Shown here piece by piece: positions 30,488-42,670 of a stretch of 64,000 bases of DNA. Both the position numbers and the translations under genes were made by a program. Numbering within the stretch: the stretch's first letter is position 1; each line of letters opens with the position of its first letter. The notes beneath the pieces are model-generated. The model searched no databases. It saw nothing but the letters and a program-made list of their open reading frames with translations, and was not told the origin of the DNA. Source of the DNA: Nitrospirota bacterium (lineage in GTDB: Bacteria > Nitrospirota > UBA9217); assembly GCA_963796285.1 (NCBI GenBank), contig CAWCKW010000001.1, positions 64,001 to 128,000 on the forward strand. Direction: 5' to 3'.

Positions 30488-31009
30488 ACATTGACCCTCC
30501 TTTTCCTTGGTTTATCTATTTTGATCAGCCCGGTGGCTTGCTCACTGTTCTCTAAATGACAATACGCTGTAGTGAGGAACCATGTTATAATGTGGTTATT
30601 ATTGTTTCTTTTGCCCGGAGGCTGAATTGGTACGTACCCTATATGAAGGCCCCTCGTTATAGGGTGGCTTGGCTGAAAAATGAATAACAATCGCAATGGG
30701 AACGCACCTTATTGCACAAACGAACAGAAAAGTCATCATACCTCACGCCTCAGTATGTGCAGTGTGTTCCGGTATGCGAAGAATCGTAACAAATCAAGTG
30801 TAGCATAAATTTTTTTATGTTATTTGAAATCACCAGTCAAGCCCTTCTCGAAATGAAGACCTATTTTCTTAGCATAAAACGCATGCCGATGGCTATGATA
30901 TGCATCATAGGTCCTGACCCTGGGCGCCTGATGTGGTTGGACAAGCGTGGATTTTGCCTTGACTTTGAAGTGCTTATGCACTATATTATGCTCCGTAGAG
31001 GAGGTCTGT

Positions 31010-31306
31010 ATGACCAAAGCAGATATCATCTCAGAAGTTTTTGACAAGGTTGGCTTGCCGAAGCAGGAAGCGGAAGAATTGGTGGAGATGATTCTGGATA
31101 TGATCAAGCTGGTCCTGAAAGAGGGCGAGACGGTGAAACTTTCGGGATTCGGCAACTTCGTGGTCCGGAAGAAGAACTCGAGAAAAGGCCGTAATCCGAA
31201 GACAGGCCAAGAGATCGAGATCACGCCACGGAGCGTCGTTAGCTTCAGACCCAGCATGATTTTCAAAGAGCATGTCATCGAATCCCCAACAACAACAGTC
31301 GAGTAA
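31010..31306 (+). CDS. ihfA: Integration host factor subunit alpha
   Basis: MTKADI, VKLSGFGNF, GRNPKTG; GAGGAGG SD. Confidence 0.93.
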   Translation: MTKADIISEVFDKVGLPKQEAEELVEMILDMIKLVLKEGETVKLSGFGNFVVRKKNSRKGRNPKTGQEIEITPRSVVSFRPSMIFKEHVIESPTTTVE

Positions 31307-31604
31307 GCTCTTTTACCGGATCGGTGAGGTCAGCCGCTTGTCCGGGCTGGAACAGTACGTACTGCGCTACTGGGAAAGCGAGTTCCCTCAACTCAAACCG
31401 AACAAGGGTAAATCGGGACAACGCCTCTATAGTAAAAAAGATTTAGACACTGTTCTCCAGATAAAGCAATTACTCTATAAAGACGGGTACACGATCTCCG
31501 GCGCACGGAAAAAAATGAACGGCAAAGGGGACCGGGAGGTCCTTGAGTCGGTTATTGAGACGGCCAAGACGGAGCTGAAGGAGATACTGGAAATTTTAAA
31601 ATAG
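31272..31604 (+). CDS. MerR family HTH regulator
   Basis: FYRIGEVS, VLRYWESEFPQLKP, GYTISGA; ihfA-merR-tRNA-Pro synteny. Confidence 0.9.
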   Translation: MSSNPQQQQSSKLFYRIGEVSRLSGLEQYVLRYWESEFPQLKPNKGKSGQRLYSKKDLDTVLQIKQLLYKDGYTISGARKKMNGKGDREVLESVIETAKTELKEILEILK

Positions 31605-31610
31605 ATTTTT

Positions 31611-31669
31611 CAAGTCAAGGCTCAAAGTGCAAATGAGATAGTTGGATTTTGTCATTTAGATTTTGATTC
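31611..31669. repeat. Heptamer-periodic inverted-repeat element before tRNA-Pro
   Basis: caagtcaaggctcaaagtgcaaatg vs ttttgtcatttagattttgatt. Confidence 0.5.
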
Positions 31670-31675
31670 ATATAT

Positions 31676-31752
31676 CGGGGCGTGGCGCAGCCTGGTAGCG
31701 TACTCGCTTGGGGTGCGAGTGGTCGGCCGTTCAAATCGGCTCGCCCCGACCA
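31676..31752 (+). tRNA. tRNA-Pro(GGG)
   Basis: CGGGGCG acceptor stem, D-loop CCTGGTA, anticodon arm CTCGC-TTGGGGT-GCGAG, TTCAAAT T-loop, encoded CCA. Confidence 0.97.
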
Positions 31753-31760
31753 ATTGTTGA

Positions 31761-31791
31761 AAGGCCCGGAAAACCTCCGGGCCTTTTTTTT
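31761..31791 (+). terminator. Intrinsic terminator after the tRNA
   Basis: AAGGCCCGGA-aaacc-TCCGGGCC plus T-tract. Confidence 0.85.
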
Positions 31792-31898
31792 ACTCAACCA
31801 GGGAAGCGGGAAGTTCTGTTTGGCAATATTTGCCGGATCCAGTCGGATGTCAACACCGGACCGTCCTGTCAATCCTATATCTGTCAGAGGTGTGATCC

Positions 31899-32675
31899 AT
31901 GATCCTCGTAACGAACGACGACGGCGTATACTCCCCCGGAATCCAGGTCCTCGCCAAGCATTTGCGGGAACTCGACACCGTGGTGATCGTTGCCCCTGAC
32001 CGGGAACGGAGCGCGGCGGGCCATTCGATGACGCTCCACCGGCCGCTCCTGATCGAAGAGATCAAGGAGTCGATGTACAGCGTCAATGGTACAACAACGG
32101 ACTGCGTGAACATGGCGGTCAAGGGTTTGCTCAAAGAAACGCCGCGGCTCGTGGTCTCCGGCATCAACAAGGGGCCGAACCTTGGGGACGATGTGACCTA
32201 TTCGGGGACTGTTGCGGGGGCCATCGAAGGCATCCTGCTGGGGATCCCTTCCCTGGCCATTTCACTCAACGGGCGCGAGAATTTCCGTTTTGCCGAGGCA
32301 GCGGAGGTGGCCCTCTGTACTGCCCGGCGGATGCTTGAACAGGGGATGCCCGCAGGCACGCTCCTCAATATCAATGTTCCGAACCTTCCGCTCTCCGAGG
32401 TGGTGGGGACGCGCATTACCCGGCTCGGCAAACGCATTTATCACCAGATGACCGTGGAACGCATTGACCCGAGAGGAAAGAAATACTATTGGATCGGGGG
32501 CGGCGAGCCGGATTGGGAGCGGGAGGAGGGCACGGATTTCGACGCTGTTGACCGCAAGATGGTCTCGATCACGCCGATTCACCTCGACATGACGGACTAC
32601 GCTTCGTTCGACAGGATGAAATCCATGGAAACAATGTCCTATGCACAGCCGTTGAATCGCAGGAGCACCGAGTGA
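31899..32675 (+). CDS. surE: 5'/3'-nucleotidase SurE
   Basis: ILVTNDDG, SGINKGPNLG, YSGTVAGA. Confidence 0.96.
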   Translation: MILVTNDDGVYSPGIQVLAKHLRELDTVVIVAPDRERSAAGHSMTLHRPLLIEEIKESMYSVNGTTTDCVNMAVKGLLKETPRLVVSGINKGPNLGDDVTYSGTVAGAIEGILLGIPSLAISLNGRENFRFAEAAEVALCTARRMLEQGMPAGTLLNINVPNLPLSEVVGTRITRLGKRIYHQMTVERIDPRGKKYYWIGGGEPDWEREEGTDFDAVDRKMVSITPIHLDMTDYASFDRMKSMETMSYAQPLNRRSTE

Positions 32676-33314
32676 TCAACTTTGAAAAGGAACGCAGCGG
32701 ATGGTAGACGAACAGATCGTCTACCGGGGGGTAAAGGACGAGCGTGTTCTCACGGCCATGCGCAAAATACCCCGCCATGAGTTCCTGCCCGAGGCCATCC
32801 GCGGCATGGCATATACTGACAATGCCCTCCCGCTGGGCGAAAGCCAGACAATGTCCCAGCCCTATATGGTTGCGCTCATGACCGAGTTACTTGGCCTCAA
32901 GGGCCCGGAACGGGTACTCGAGATCGGGACGGATCAGGCTACCAGGCTGCGGTACTTGCCGAGTTGTGCGAAAAGGTCTACACGGTGGAGCGCATAAAGT
33001 CCCTGGCTGACAAGGCCCGGGCAACACTCGACCGACTGGGATATAAAAGTGTTGCGATAAAAATTTACGACGGCACCTACGGCTGGAAGGAGATGGCGCC
33101 CTTTGACGCGATCATGGTGACCGCGGGCTCACCCGATATACCGGCGCCTCTTGTGGAACAGCTCAAAGAGGGCGGCAGGATGGTGATCCCGGTGGGGGAG
33201 CGGTATGGACAAGAACTTTTCACGGTAGTCAAGACCGCGGAAGGCATGGTCACCTCACGGAGCATCCCGTGCGTATTCGTTCCACTGATCGGCAACCACG
33301 GGTGGAAAGAGTAG
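32672..33314 (+). CDS. pcm: Protein-L-isoaspartate O-methyltransferase (frameshifts near 32697 and 32930)
   Basis: QTMSQPYMVA, VLEIGT/GSGYQAA, APFDAIMVTA, FVPLIG; follows surE. Confidence 0.88.
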
Positions 33315-33320
33315 GTCCCG

Positions 33321-33916
33321 TCACGGCACTGCGGCCTTCTTCGTCCGGTTTTTCCCAAGAAACTCATACCCCAAGGACAATGCCAGTGCAATAAACGTCC
33401 CCAGAAACGCGCCCACCAGAACATCCGTCGGATAATTGACCCCCAGATACATCCTGGAGAACGCGATCAGCAATGCAAGAACAAGCGGATACGTCCTCCA
33501 CGCATTTGCAATAAACTCCCGGGTCAGGTAAAAGAGAGGTATTGCAAAGGCAAATGAGCTTATCGCATGACCGGACGGCATGGAGTATGATTTCGGGCAT
33601 GCGATAATGAGCCGGATCCCCTCAATCGCCCTGCACGGCCTTTCACGGGCAACAGCGTTCTTCAACACATCCTCCGCCCATTCCGCGAGAAAGACAGCGC
33701 AGCAGGATATCGCGATGGTCCAGAGCGCCGCTGTCAGATATCCTTTCCCCTCGAATTTACCTGCGTACGACCTCTTACGAACATATAGAGCAGAAAGGGG
33801 AGGATCAGGAGATAGCCCTGATAGGAGAGTGCCGGCATCAAAATATCGAACAGAGTATTTTCAGTGCCGTGATTGATCAGGAGAAGCAGCTGTGTGTCCA
33901 GGGATTGGATAGTCAT
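33321..33916 (-). CDS. PAP2 family phosphatase (frameshifted near 33700-33780)
   Basis: LKNAVARERPC, SMPSGHA, SRMYLGVNYPTDV. Confidence 0.8.
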
Positions 33917-33928
33917 GGGTAGGCATCG

Positions 33929-34267
33929 CTACGAACTTTTCGCGCAGCACTTGATGATATTCGTATCGCTCACCTCAATGAGCCCGCGTTCGACGACGGA
34001 ACCGATCTCTGCCAGGATGATATTGATCATTTCCTCTGAATCCACAATTTCGATTTTGACCGGGAGCGTGGTGGAGAGCTCCAGGATCTTGGCGGTATGG
34101 AGTTTGCCATGGCTCCCGTAACCTGCAACACCACGGAACACGCTGGCCCCGGCTATTTTCCTTTGCGCCAGAATGTCCAAAATCGCTTCATACACGGGCT
34201 TGCCGTGGAGCTTGTCGGTTTCATCGATGTAGATCGTCAGCTTTTTTGCCGGGCCGGTATTGAGCAT
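33929..34267 (-). CDS. DUF190 (PII-like) protein
   Basis: IAGASVFRGVAGYG, LPVKIEIVD; typical crcB partner. Confidence 0.88.
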   Translation of the reverse strand: MLNTGPAKKLTIYIDETDKLHGKPVYEAILDILAQRKIAGASVFRGVAGYGSHGKLHTAKILELSTTLPVKIEIVDSEEMINIILAEIGSVVERGLIEVSDTNIIKCCAKSS

Positions 34268-34316
34268 GGGATACTCCTTCATTAAATCATGATGAACTCA
34301 TAAATGTCATAATCCA

Positions 34317-34398
34317 CTCGCAGAGGCGCTGAGACACTGAGAAATTCATAGTTAACAATAAGAAAGATTTTCTCTGCGTCTCTCGCGTCTCGGCGGTT
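34317..34398. repeat. Empty 9-mer-periodic inverted-repeat element at crcB/DUF190
   Basis: ctcgcagaggcgctgagacactgaga vs tctctgcgtctctcgcgtctcggcggtt. Confidence 0.7.
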
Positions 34399-34424
34399 AA
34401 ATCTCGAATTGTCACGTTCATCAA

Positions 34425-34799
34425 TTATATGCTCTTCGCGATCACCTCACCGAGCTTCAATGCGATAAACCCGGCGGAGACGCTCAACACGACATTTAAT
34501 CCCGCGATCAGCCATTCGCTGTCTTTCAGGAGCGCGCCGGTTTCGTACTCGAAGGTGGAGAAGGTGGTATACGCGCCGAGAAATCCCACGACGAGCAGCA
34601 ATCGCCATTGCGGGTTCACCATGAACCGTTCGGTGAAGAGTGACATGAGCAGGCCGATGAGGAAGCTGCCGCTCACGTTGATCACGAATGTGCCGAGGGG
34701 AAAGCTGCGGCCCCACCGCTGGCCGATCCAGAGGGCGACACCGTACCGCGTGATCGCGCCGAGGAAGCCACCTATGCCTATGATGAAGATATTTGCCAT
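34425..34799 (-). CDS. crcB: Fluoride channel CrcB/FluC
   Basis: GGFLGAITRY, PLGTFVINVSGSF, GFLGAYTTFSTF. Confidence 0.95.
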   Translation of the reverse strand: MANIFIIGIGGFLGAITRYGVALWIGQRWGRSFPLGTFVINVSGSFLIGLLMSLFTERFMVNPQWRLLLVVGFLGAYTTFSTFEYETGALLKDSEWLIAGLNVVLSVSAGFIALKLGEVIAKSI

Positions 34800-35275
34800 C
34801 GTTATCCCTGTCCCTGATTGTTCCATTCATAGCAGAAGGCACGCCTCAAGTCAATGAAAATGGTCATCCATTTCACGATCGGAAACTTATGCTAAGAGGA
34901 TATCAACCATAGGCCTCAGGCAGGATCCGTGCAGAATAAATACCTTGAATCCGGAATATCCGGTTCTTTCGCGCATACAGTGAATGTCGAAACCTGTCAC
35001 AAAAACTCAAATCCCGCGCGAGCCTGCCCTCGAATGTAATAATAGGTATGACGAAACAACCAACAATGAGGAACTCTGTCGGCAAGCAGTGTGCCCACGA
35101 GAAGGAACGCCGCGGCAGTGAGGATGGTGGCAGGCCGTGTGGAGATATCATCTACGATAGCACTGCTTGGAGCCGTCAGTCTTGCCGATTTTCGGCCAAC
35201 GGGCGCTTGACTTTGGTGCGTATTGAATGCTATTATCCAGCCTGTTTTGCATCAATTCAAGAGGGGTAGGGCCAC

Positions 35276-37159
<1,884 letters not shown>

Positions 37160-37177
37160 TTTTTTTTTGAGGTTCTC

Positions 37178-37345
37178 ATGAAATGCAAGACCTGCGGCAA
37201 GGAAGTCGAGCTCCGGATCGGTTGACGCACGATCACCTTTCGCTGCACGGTGTGCGGCAAGGATTTTTCGATCAAGGAGTATGCGGACCAGATCGATGAA
37301 GAGATGTGGGAAAAGATCTCCCGCCGTCCCTGCAACCGCGCGTGA
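37178..37345 (+). CDS. 55-aa dual-CxxC small selenoprotein (Sec at UGA 37223-37225)
   Basis: GAGG SD; MKCKTCGKEVELRIG-U-RTITFRCTVCGKDFSIKEYADQIDEEMWEKISRRPCNRA; SECIS-like hairpin. Confidence 0.8.
37236..37262 (+). promoter_or_regulatory. SECIS-like hairpin
   Basis: CCUU-uc-GCUGCAC-[GGU]-GUGCGGC-AAGG; loop G at +24 from UGA. Confidence 0.72.
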
Positions 37346-37431
37346 AGCCCTGTACCTGTTGTATTACTAGCCCTTCAGGCAATTCTTTGCCTCTTTCCTT
37401 AGCGATGCATACTGCCTATGCCAAAATTAAG

Positions 37432-37476
37432 TTGACATTCTCATAAAAACATATTAATCTTTGCATGTAATTTGTT
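37432..37476 (+). promoter_or_regulatory. Promoter with overlapping candidate ArsR operator
   Basis: TTGACA-17 nt-TAATCT; imperfect IR AACATATTA...TAATTTGTT spans the -10 box. Confidence 0.55.
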
Positions 37477-37509
37477 ATTTGCTTTTTTCAAGCAGTGTGA
37501 GGTTACCCC

Positions 37510-37851
37510 GTGATCCCGATCGATAAACGGATTGATCTGCTAAGAATGATCGCTCATCCTGTTCGCATCCAGATCCTCGAAGACCTGATGCAGGGCGTGA
37601 AGTGCGTGAGCGACTTCGAGGAATCGCTCGACATCAGCCAGCCGAACGTATCTCAGCACCTGAGTCTCCTGCGCACGAACGGGGTCATCGATTTTTTCAT
37701 AGATGGCAGGCTCAAATGCTACTTCCTCAAAGAACCTCTGGTTCCCGACCTGCTTGCACTTCTCAAAAAAGAATATGACGAGGACATCCCCGCCCCGGCT
37801 TGCTGCCCGGTAACCAGGAAGGGCACCTATCCCGGCGGGAGAAGACGATAG
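37510..37851 (+). CDS. ArsR/SmtB family regulator with C-terminal Cys-Cys
   Basis: IAHPVRIQIL, KCVSDF, SQPNVSQHLSLLR; PACCPV tail. Confidence 0.9.
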   Translation: MIPIDKRIDLLRMIAHPVRIQILEDLMQGVKCVSDFEESLDISQPNVSQHLSLLRTNGVIDFFIDGRLKCYFLKEPLVPDLLALLKKEYDEDIPAPACCPVTRKGTYPGGRRR

Positions 37852-37892
37852 AGTATCGTAGATTCACCATACAGAAGGGAGGACAGACAAAA

Positions 37893-38939
37893 ATGGAAAT
37901 CAAACTCACACAACTTTCCAGCTGCGCTGGTTGAGCGGCAAAGTTCAGCCCTGCTGAACTGTCCCAGGTACTGGGACAATTGCCGAAGATCATGGACCCG
38001 AATGTGCTTGTGGGCTATTCGAATGCAGACGATGCGGGTGTTTACCGCGTATCGGACGACCTTGCGATGGTCTTTACCGCTGATTTTTTCACTCCCATCG
38101 TCGATGACCCGTACTGGTTCGGTGCGATCGCGGCCGCAAACTCGCTGTCCGATGTCTACGCGATGGGCGGGAAGCCGCTCGTCTCCCTGAACATCGCATC
38201 GCTTCCCCCGGGCCCGGAGTTCGTCGAGATCAACAAACGGATCATGCAGGGCGGCATCGACAAGATGACCGAGGCCGGGGTCGCCATCATCGGCGGTCAT
38301 ACGGTCAAGGACAAGGAGCCGAAATTCGGATATGCCGTGCTGGGTTCCATCCATCCCGATAAAATACTCGATAACGCAAAAGCGAGGCCGGGTGATGCCC
38401 TGATCCTGACCAAGATGATCGGCACCGGCGTGATCTCAACAGGGATCAAGTCCGGGAAATGCAGCGCAGCGACCGCGGACGCGTTCACCAAATCGATGGC
38501 AATGCTGAATAAACGTGCGGGCGAGATCATGCTCGAAGTGGGCGTCAGTACGGCCACGGACATCACGGGCTTCGGTCTGATCGGCCATTTGAACGAGGTG
38601 CTCACTGCGAGCAAATGCTCGGCCAGACTCCACGCGCGCCGCGTCCCTGTTTTCGAGGAGGCGGTAACGTTGGCAGAGAAGGGCGTGGTGCCGGGCGGCA
38701 CGAAGGGCAATTTGCAGAACTATGATCCTTTTGTAGAGTGGAGCAGCGATGTTTCCATGACCGATCGTCTCCTGATGAACGACGCACAAACGTCAGGCGG
38801 TCTATTGATATTCGTGCCTCAGGTCAGAAAGAACAAGCTCATTATGGCCCTGCAGAAAGAGCATATCCTGGCGGCCCATATCGGCGATGTGCTCGAAGAA
38901 GATGAAAAAGGACCAAAGCGGATCTTCGTGGTGAAATAA
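37893..38939 (+). CDS. selD: Selenide, water dikinase, Sec-containing form (UGA 37932-37934)
   Basis: GGAGG SD; MEIKLTQLSSCAG-U-AAKF in frame with ORF 37980; DDAGVY, ANSLSDVYAMGG, GGHTV, TDITGFGL, DAQTSGGLL. Confidence 0.95.
37942..37978 (+). promoter_or_regulatory. Tandem hairpins after the selD UGA (SECIS candidate)
   Basis: AGUUCAGC-ccu-GCUGAACU and UGUCCCAG-gua-CUGGGACA (loop G at +34). Confidence 0.6.
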
Positions 38940-39719
38940 ATGGACGCCACCTTTACGGTCTTTCTGGCACTGGTCGGCGCATCCGTCGGTTTTCTCTCGG
39001 GCCTGCTCGGGATAGGCGGAGGCATCGTCATGTTTCCGCTCTTGCTCTACGTGCCGCCGCTTCTGGGTTTCAGCGGAATAGATGTTAAAAGCATCACCGG
39101 GCTCACGATGATCCAGGGCTTTTTCTCCGCGCTCACGGCGATGTTCTACTACAAAAAGAACGCCCTGGTGAATAAATCACTGGTCCTTACGCTCGGCTTT
39201 TCCCTGTTTCTGTCATCGCTGATCGGCGCGCTGGTGTCGAAGAAGATACCGGACGGACCTCTGCTTATGGTCTTCGCGACGCTGGCATTGATCGCGGCGG
39301 CGATGATGCTCATTCCCCGAAGTTACCATCAGGACGAACTGACCGAGGAACACGTTGTTTTCCACAGGACCACCGCGATCGTGATCGGCATTGTCCTCGG
39401 CTTTTCCATCGGCCTGGTAGGGCAGGGCGGCGCGTTCATACTGATACCTACCATGTTGTATGTGCTGAAGATCCCGCTCCGGGTGGCCCTCGGCAGCACG
39501 CTCGCGATCGGGCTTTTCTCGTCCTCGGCAGGATTGGTCGGGAAGATCGCTACCAGCCAGGTGCCGTTTCTCATGGCGCTGCCGCTTCTTGCCGGCGCGA
39601 TCCCCGCCGCACGGTTTGGCAGTATTGTCGGCAAGAAGACGAACACTCAGTTTCTCCGGTGGCTGCTCGCGGCCATCATCTTTGCCACTGCAGTGAAAGT
39701 CTGGAGCGCTATTATTTAA
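38940..39719 (+). CDS. TauE/SafE (sulfite exporter-like) membrane protein
   Basis: GFLSGLLGIGGG and GLVGQGGA repeats; about 8 TM segments; ATG directly follows the selD stop. Confidence 0.88.
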   Translation: MDATFTVFLALVGASVGFLSGLLGIGGGIVMFPLLLYVPPLLGFSGIDVKSITGLTMIQGFFSALTAMFYYKKNALVNKSLVLTLGFSLFLSSLIGALVSKKIPDGPLLMVFATLALIAAAMMLIPRSYHQDELTEEHVVFHRTTAIVIGIVLGFSIGLVGQGGAFILIPTMLYVLKIPLRVALGSTLAIGLFSSSAGLVGKIATSQVPFLMALPLLAGAIPAARFGSIVGKKTNTQFLRWLLAAIIFATAVKVWSAII

Positions 39720-40105
39720 GTTCATTCAAAACAACGAATGCAACAGGTTTTACGAGAACGCTTGCATCATTCCCCTTTTAAACCTACTTTAACCGCAATA
39801 AGATGGGATTTTTCTTTTGCGTTGAATTCCATTCATCGGGAGCTCGTCATTCCAGTATATATTCATCCGCTTTTATCATTTGTTCGTCCGATGCTTTCCG
39901 TGTCCAAATTCTTTTTTCAGGTTGATCCGCTTGTTCACTCATCTCTTTTTTTCCGGCGGAAAAATGATTGTCCGCGCCATTCGGCTGCGATGCACGTGAG
40001 ACTGTACAATATCCCTTGATGATGATACAATTAGCAGGATGAACAAAAAAGCAACAGACTGTTATTATTCGATTTCCGCTAGCGATATAACGACGGAGGA
40101 ATACG

Positions 40106-42493
40106 ATGAAACAGATCAATAAAGTGGCCGTCCTGGGGGCCGGGGTCATGGGCGCGACCATTGCCGCCCACCTCGCGAATGCCGGCATCCAGGTGCTCCT
40201 GCTCGATATTGTTCCCAAGGAGCCGAACGAGGCTGAAAAAAAGGCTGGTCTCACCCTGAACGATCATGCGGTGCGGAACCGTATCGCGGTAACGGGACTG
40301 GCAGGGCTCAGGAAGATGAAGCCCGCGGCATTCTTTATTCCAGCCTATGCTTCCTATATCGAAGCAGGTAACTTCGACGACGATGTCAAGAGACTCCGGG
40401 AGTGCGACTGGGTCATTGAGGTCGTTGTTGAAAAGATGGAGATCAAGAAGCGGCTGTTTAGCGAAAAGGTCGCGCCGAACTTGAAAGAGGGGGCCATCCT
40501 CTCGACCAACACGAGCGGACTTTCCGTCAACGAAATGGCCGAAAGCCTTCCGGAGGCGGTACGGAAAAATTTCCTGGTCACCCACTTCTTCAACCCGCCG
40601 CGCTATATGCGCCTTCTGGAGGTTGTCCCGAACAAATACTCCGATCCCGAAGTGGTCCGGTTCATGGCCGGATTCATTGAGAAGCGCCTCGGGAAGGGGA
40701 TCGTCTACGCCAAGGACACCCCGAATTTCATCGCCAACCGGGTCGGCGTCTATTCCATTTGCAACAGCATGCGTCACATGATAGAGATGGACATGACGGT
40801 GGAGGACGTGGATGCCGTTTCCGGGCCTGCCACTGCCCGCCCGAAAAGCGCCATCTTCCGTACCGCTGATCTGGTGGGACTCGACACCTTGCAGCATGTG
40901 GCGGACAACGCCCATGAAACCCTGCTGAAGGACGGGCAGCGGGAGGCATTCCGATTACCCGGCTTCATCACCGAGATGGTAAAGAAGGGTCTCCTCGGAA
41001 ACAAGAGCAAACAGGGGTTCTTCAAGAAGGAGAAGGACGAGAAAGGCACCGCATATTTCTACTACGACTATAAGACCGGAGAGTATGCGCCGTCCCTGCG
41101 GCCCAAGTTCGCTTCCGTGGAAACGGCCAAGTCGATCGATGATCCGGGGAAACGACTGCAGGCGGTCTTGTCCGGCGCTGACAAGGGGGCACTGTTCGCC
41201 TGGAAGAACCTGCGCGATACCCTGATCTATACCTTCGGCCGGATCCCCGAGATCGCCGACGACATCGTCAATATCGACAATGCCATGAAGTGGGGATTCA
41301 ACTGGGACCTTGGTCCCTTCGAGATGCTCGACGCCATCGGCGTCAAGAACTTCGTCAAGCGGGCGGAGCAGGACGGGGTGGCGGTGCCTGACGGCCTAAA
41401 ATCGATCGAGCGATTTTACAAGTTCGAGAACAACAAGGACTACTACTATGATATCCTTGCCGGGGAATACCGGGAAGTGTCAAGGCCCGCTGCGAACATC
41501 AGCCTCTCTCTCCTGACAAAAAGCAACAGGGTGGTAGAGAAGAACAGCGGCGCTTCCGTGCTCGACCTGGGGGACGGGGTCTTCTGTCTCGAGTTCCACT
41601 CCAAGATGAACGCCATCGGCAACGATATCCTCTCCATGGTCCACCAGGGCATCAAGCGGGCGGAGCAGGACGGCGTAGGTCTCGTCATTGCAAACGAGGG
41701 GAAGGTCTTTTGCGCAGGCGCCAACCTGATGCTGATTGCCATGGCCATCGCCGAGGGGGCTTATGATGAGCTCTCCCTGACCATCAATAATTTCCAGAAG
41801 GCGATGATGGCGATCAAGTACTCGAAGATACCCGTGGTTGCCGCCCCGCACAACCTCGTCTTGGGAGGCGGGTGCGAGGTCTGTCTCCATGCGGATGCGA
41901 TGAACCCCCACGCCGAGACCTACATGGGGATGGTGGAGGTCGGGGTCGGGCTTCTTCCCGCGGGTGGCGGGACCAAGGAGATGGCGATACGCGCTATACA
42001 ACTTGCCGAGGAATACGAGACCGACGTCGGCCCGTTCATCGTCAAAAACTTCTCGAACATTGCCCTGGCCAGGGTGAGCACATCCGCAGCCGAGCTCTGG
42101 GGAATGGGTTTCATGCGCCACGGCGACGCCGTCACCATGGATATGGACAAACGGATCTTCGATGCCAAGCAGAAAGCGATCGCCCTAGCAGCCAACTACC
42201 GTCCTGCAAAGCCGCTCATCGACCTGAAGGCACCGGGGAGGAGCGTTGCCGCCACCATCAAGTCACAGGTCTGGAATATGAAGATGGGCGGACAGGCGAC
42301 TGAATTTGAAGAGCTTCTCGCCGGCACGATCGCCGACGTCATCACCGGCGGGGATGTTCCCGCCGGCACACTGATCACCGAGGAGTATTTGCTTGAACTG
42401 GAGCATGAGGCGTTCCTCAAACTGTGCGGCCAGAAAAAAACGCTGGAGCGGATCCAGCACATGCTGAAGAAGGGGAAAGCGCTGCGGAATTAA
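40106..42493 (+). CDS. 3-hydroxyacyl-CoA dehydrogenase/enoyl-CoA hydratase (FadN type)
   Basis: VLGAGVMG, STNTSG, HFFNPPRYM, LGGGCE, VEVGVGLLPAGGG. Confidence 0.92.
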   Translation: MKQINKVAVLGAGVMGATIAAHLANAGIQVLLLDIVPKEPNEAEKKAGLTLNDHAVRNRIAVTGLAGLRKMKPAAFFIPAYASYIEAGNFDDDVKRLRECDWVIEVVVEKMEIKKRLFSEKVAPNLKEGAILSTNTSGLSVNEMAESLPEAVRKNFLVTHFFNPPRYMRLLEVVPNKYSDPEVVRFMAGFIEKRLGKGIVYAKDTPNFIANRVGVYSICNSMRHMIEMDMTVEDVDAVSGPATARPKSAIFRTADLVGLDTLQHVADNAHETLLKDGQREAFRLPGFITEMVKKGLLGNKSKQGFFKKEKDEKGTAYFYYDYKTGEYAPSLRPKFASVETAKSIDDPGKRLQAVLSGADKGALFAWKNLRDTLIYTFGRIPEIADDIVNIDNAMKWGFNWDLGPFEMLDAIGVKNFVKRAEQDGVAVPDGLKSIERFYKFENNKDYYYDILAGEYREVSRPAANISLSLLTKSNRVVEKNSGASVLDLGDGVFCLEFHSKMNAIGNDILSMVHQGIKRAEQDGVGLVIANEGKVFCAGANLMLIAMAIAEGAYDELSLTINNFQKAMMAIKYSKIPVVAAPHNLVLGGGCEVCLHADAMNPHAETYMGMVEVGVGLLPAGGGTKEMAIRAIQLAEEYETDVGPFIVKNFSNIALARVSTSAAELWGMGFMRHGDAVTMDMDKRIFDAKQKAIALAANYRPAKPLIDLKAPGRSVAATIKSQVWNMKMGGQATEFEELLAGTIADVITGGDVPAGTLITEEYLLELEHEAFLKLCGQKKTLERIQHMLKKGKALRN

Positions 42494-42636
42494 CTTGAAC
42501 CGGACAATCCTGAACCAAAAGGCGTCGCTCGCAGAGCACGCAGAGCACGCGGAGTAGAATCAAAACAATTAAGCCTGGGTTTTTATCCAGAATTTTTTTT
42601 AATCTTTTCTCTGCGATCACTGCGCCTCTGCGAGAG
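42494..42636. repeat. Composite junction element (27-bp arm plus 9-mer inverted repeat)
   Basis: cttgaaccggacaatcctgaaccaaaa, then ctcgcagag-cacgcagag-cacgcggag vs ctctgcgat-cactgcgc-ctctgcgag. Confidence 0.78.
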
Positions 42637-42670
42637 ATCAACTGACGTAAATATCCAACGGAGGATACCG

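Noticed and set aside
31676-31900. Integrative element at tRNA-Pro
   Set aside because: No integrase or duplicated tRNA 3' end; the usual tRNA-surE-pcm synteny is intact
34800-35270. Fluoride riboswitch upstream of crcB
   Set aside because: No GGCGATG...GCTGATGAC-type consensus visible on the minus strand
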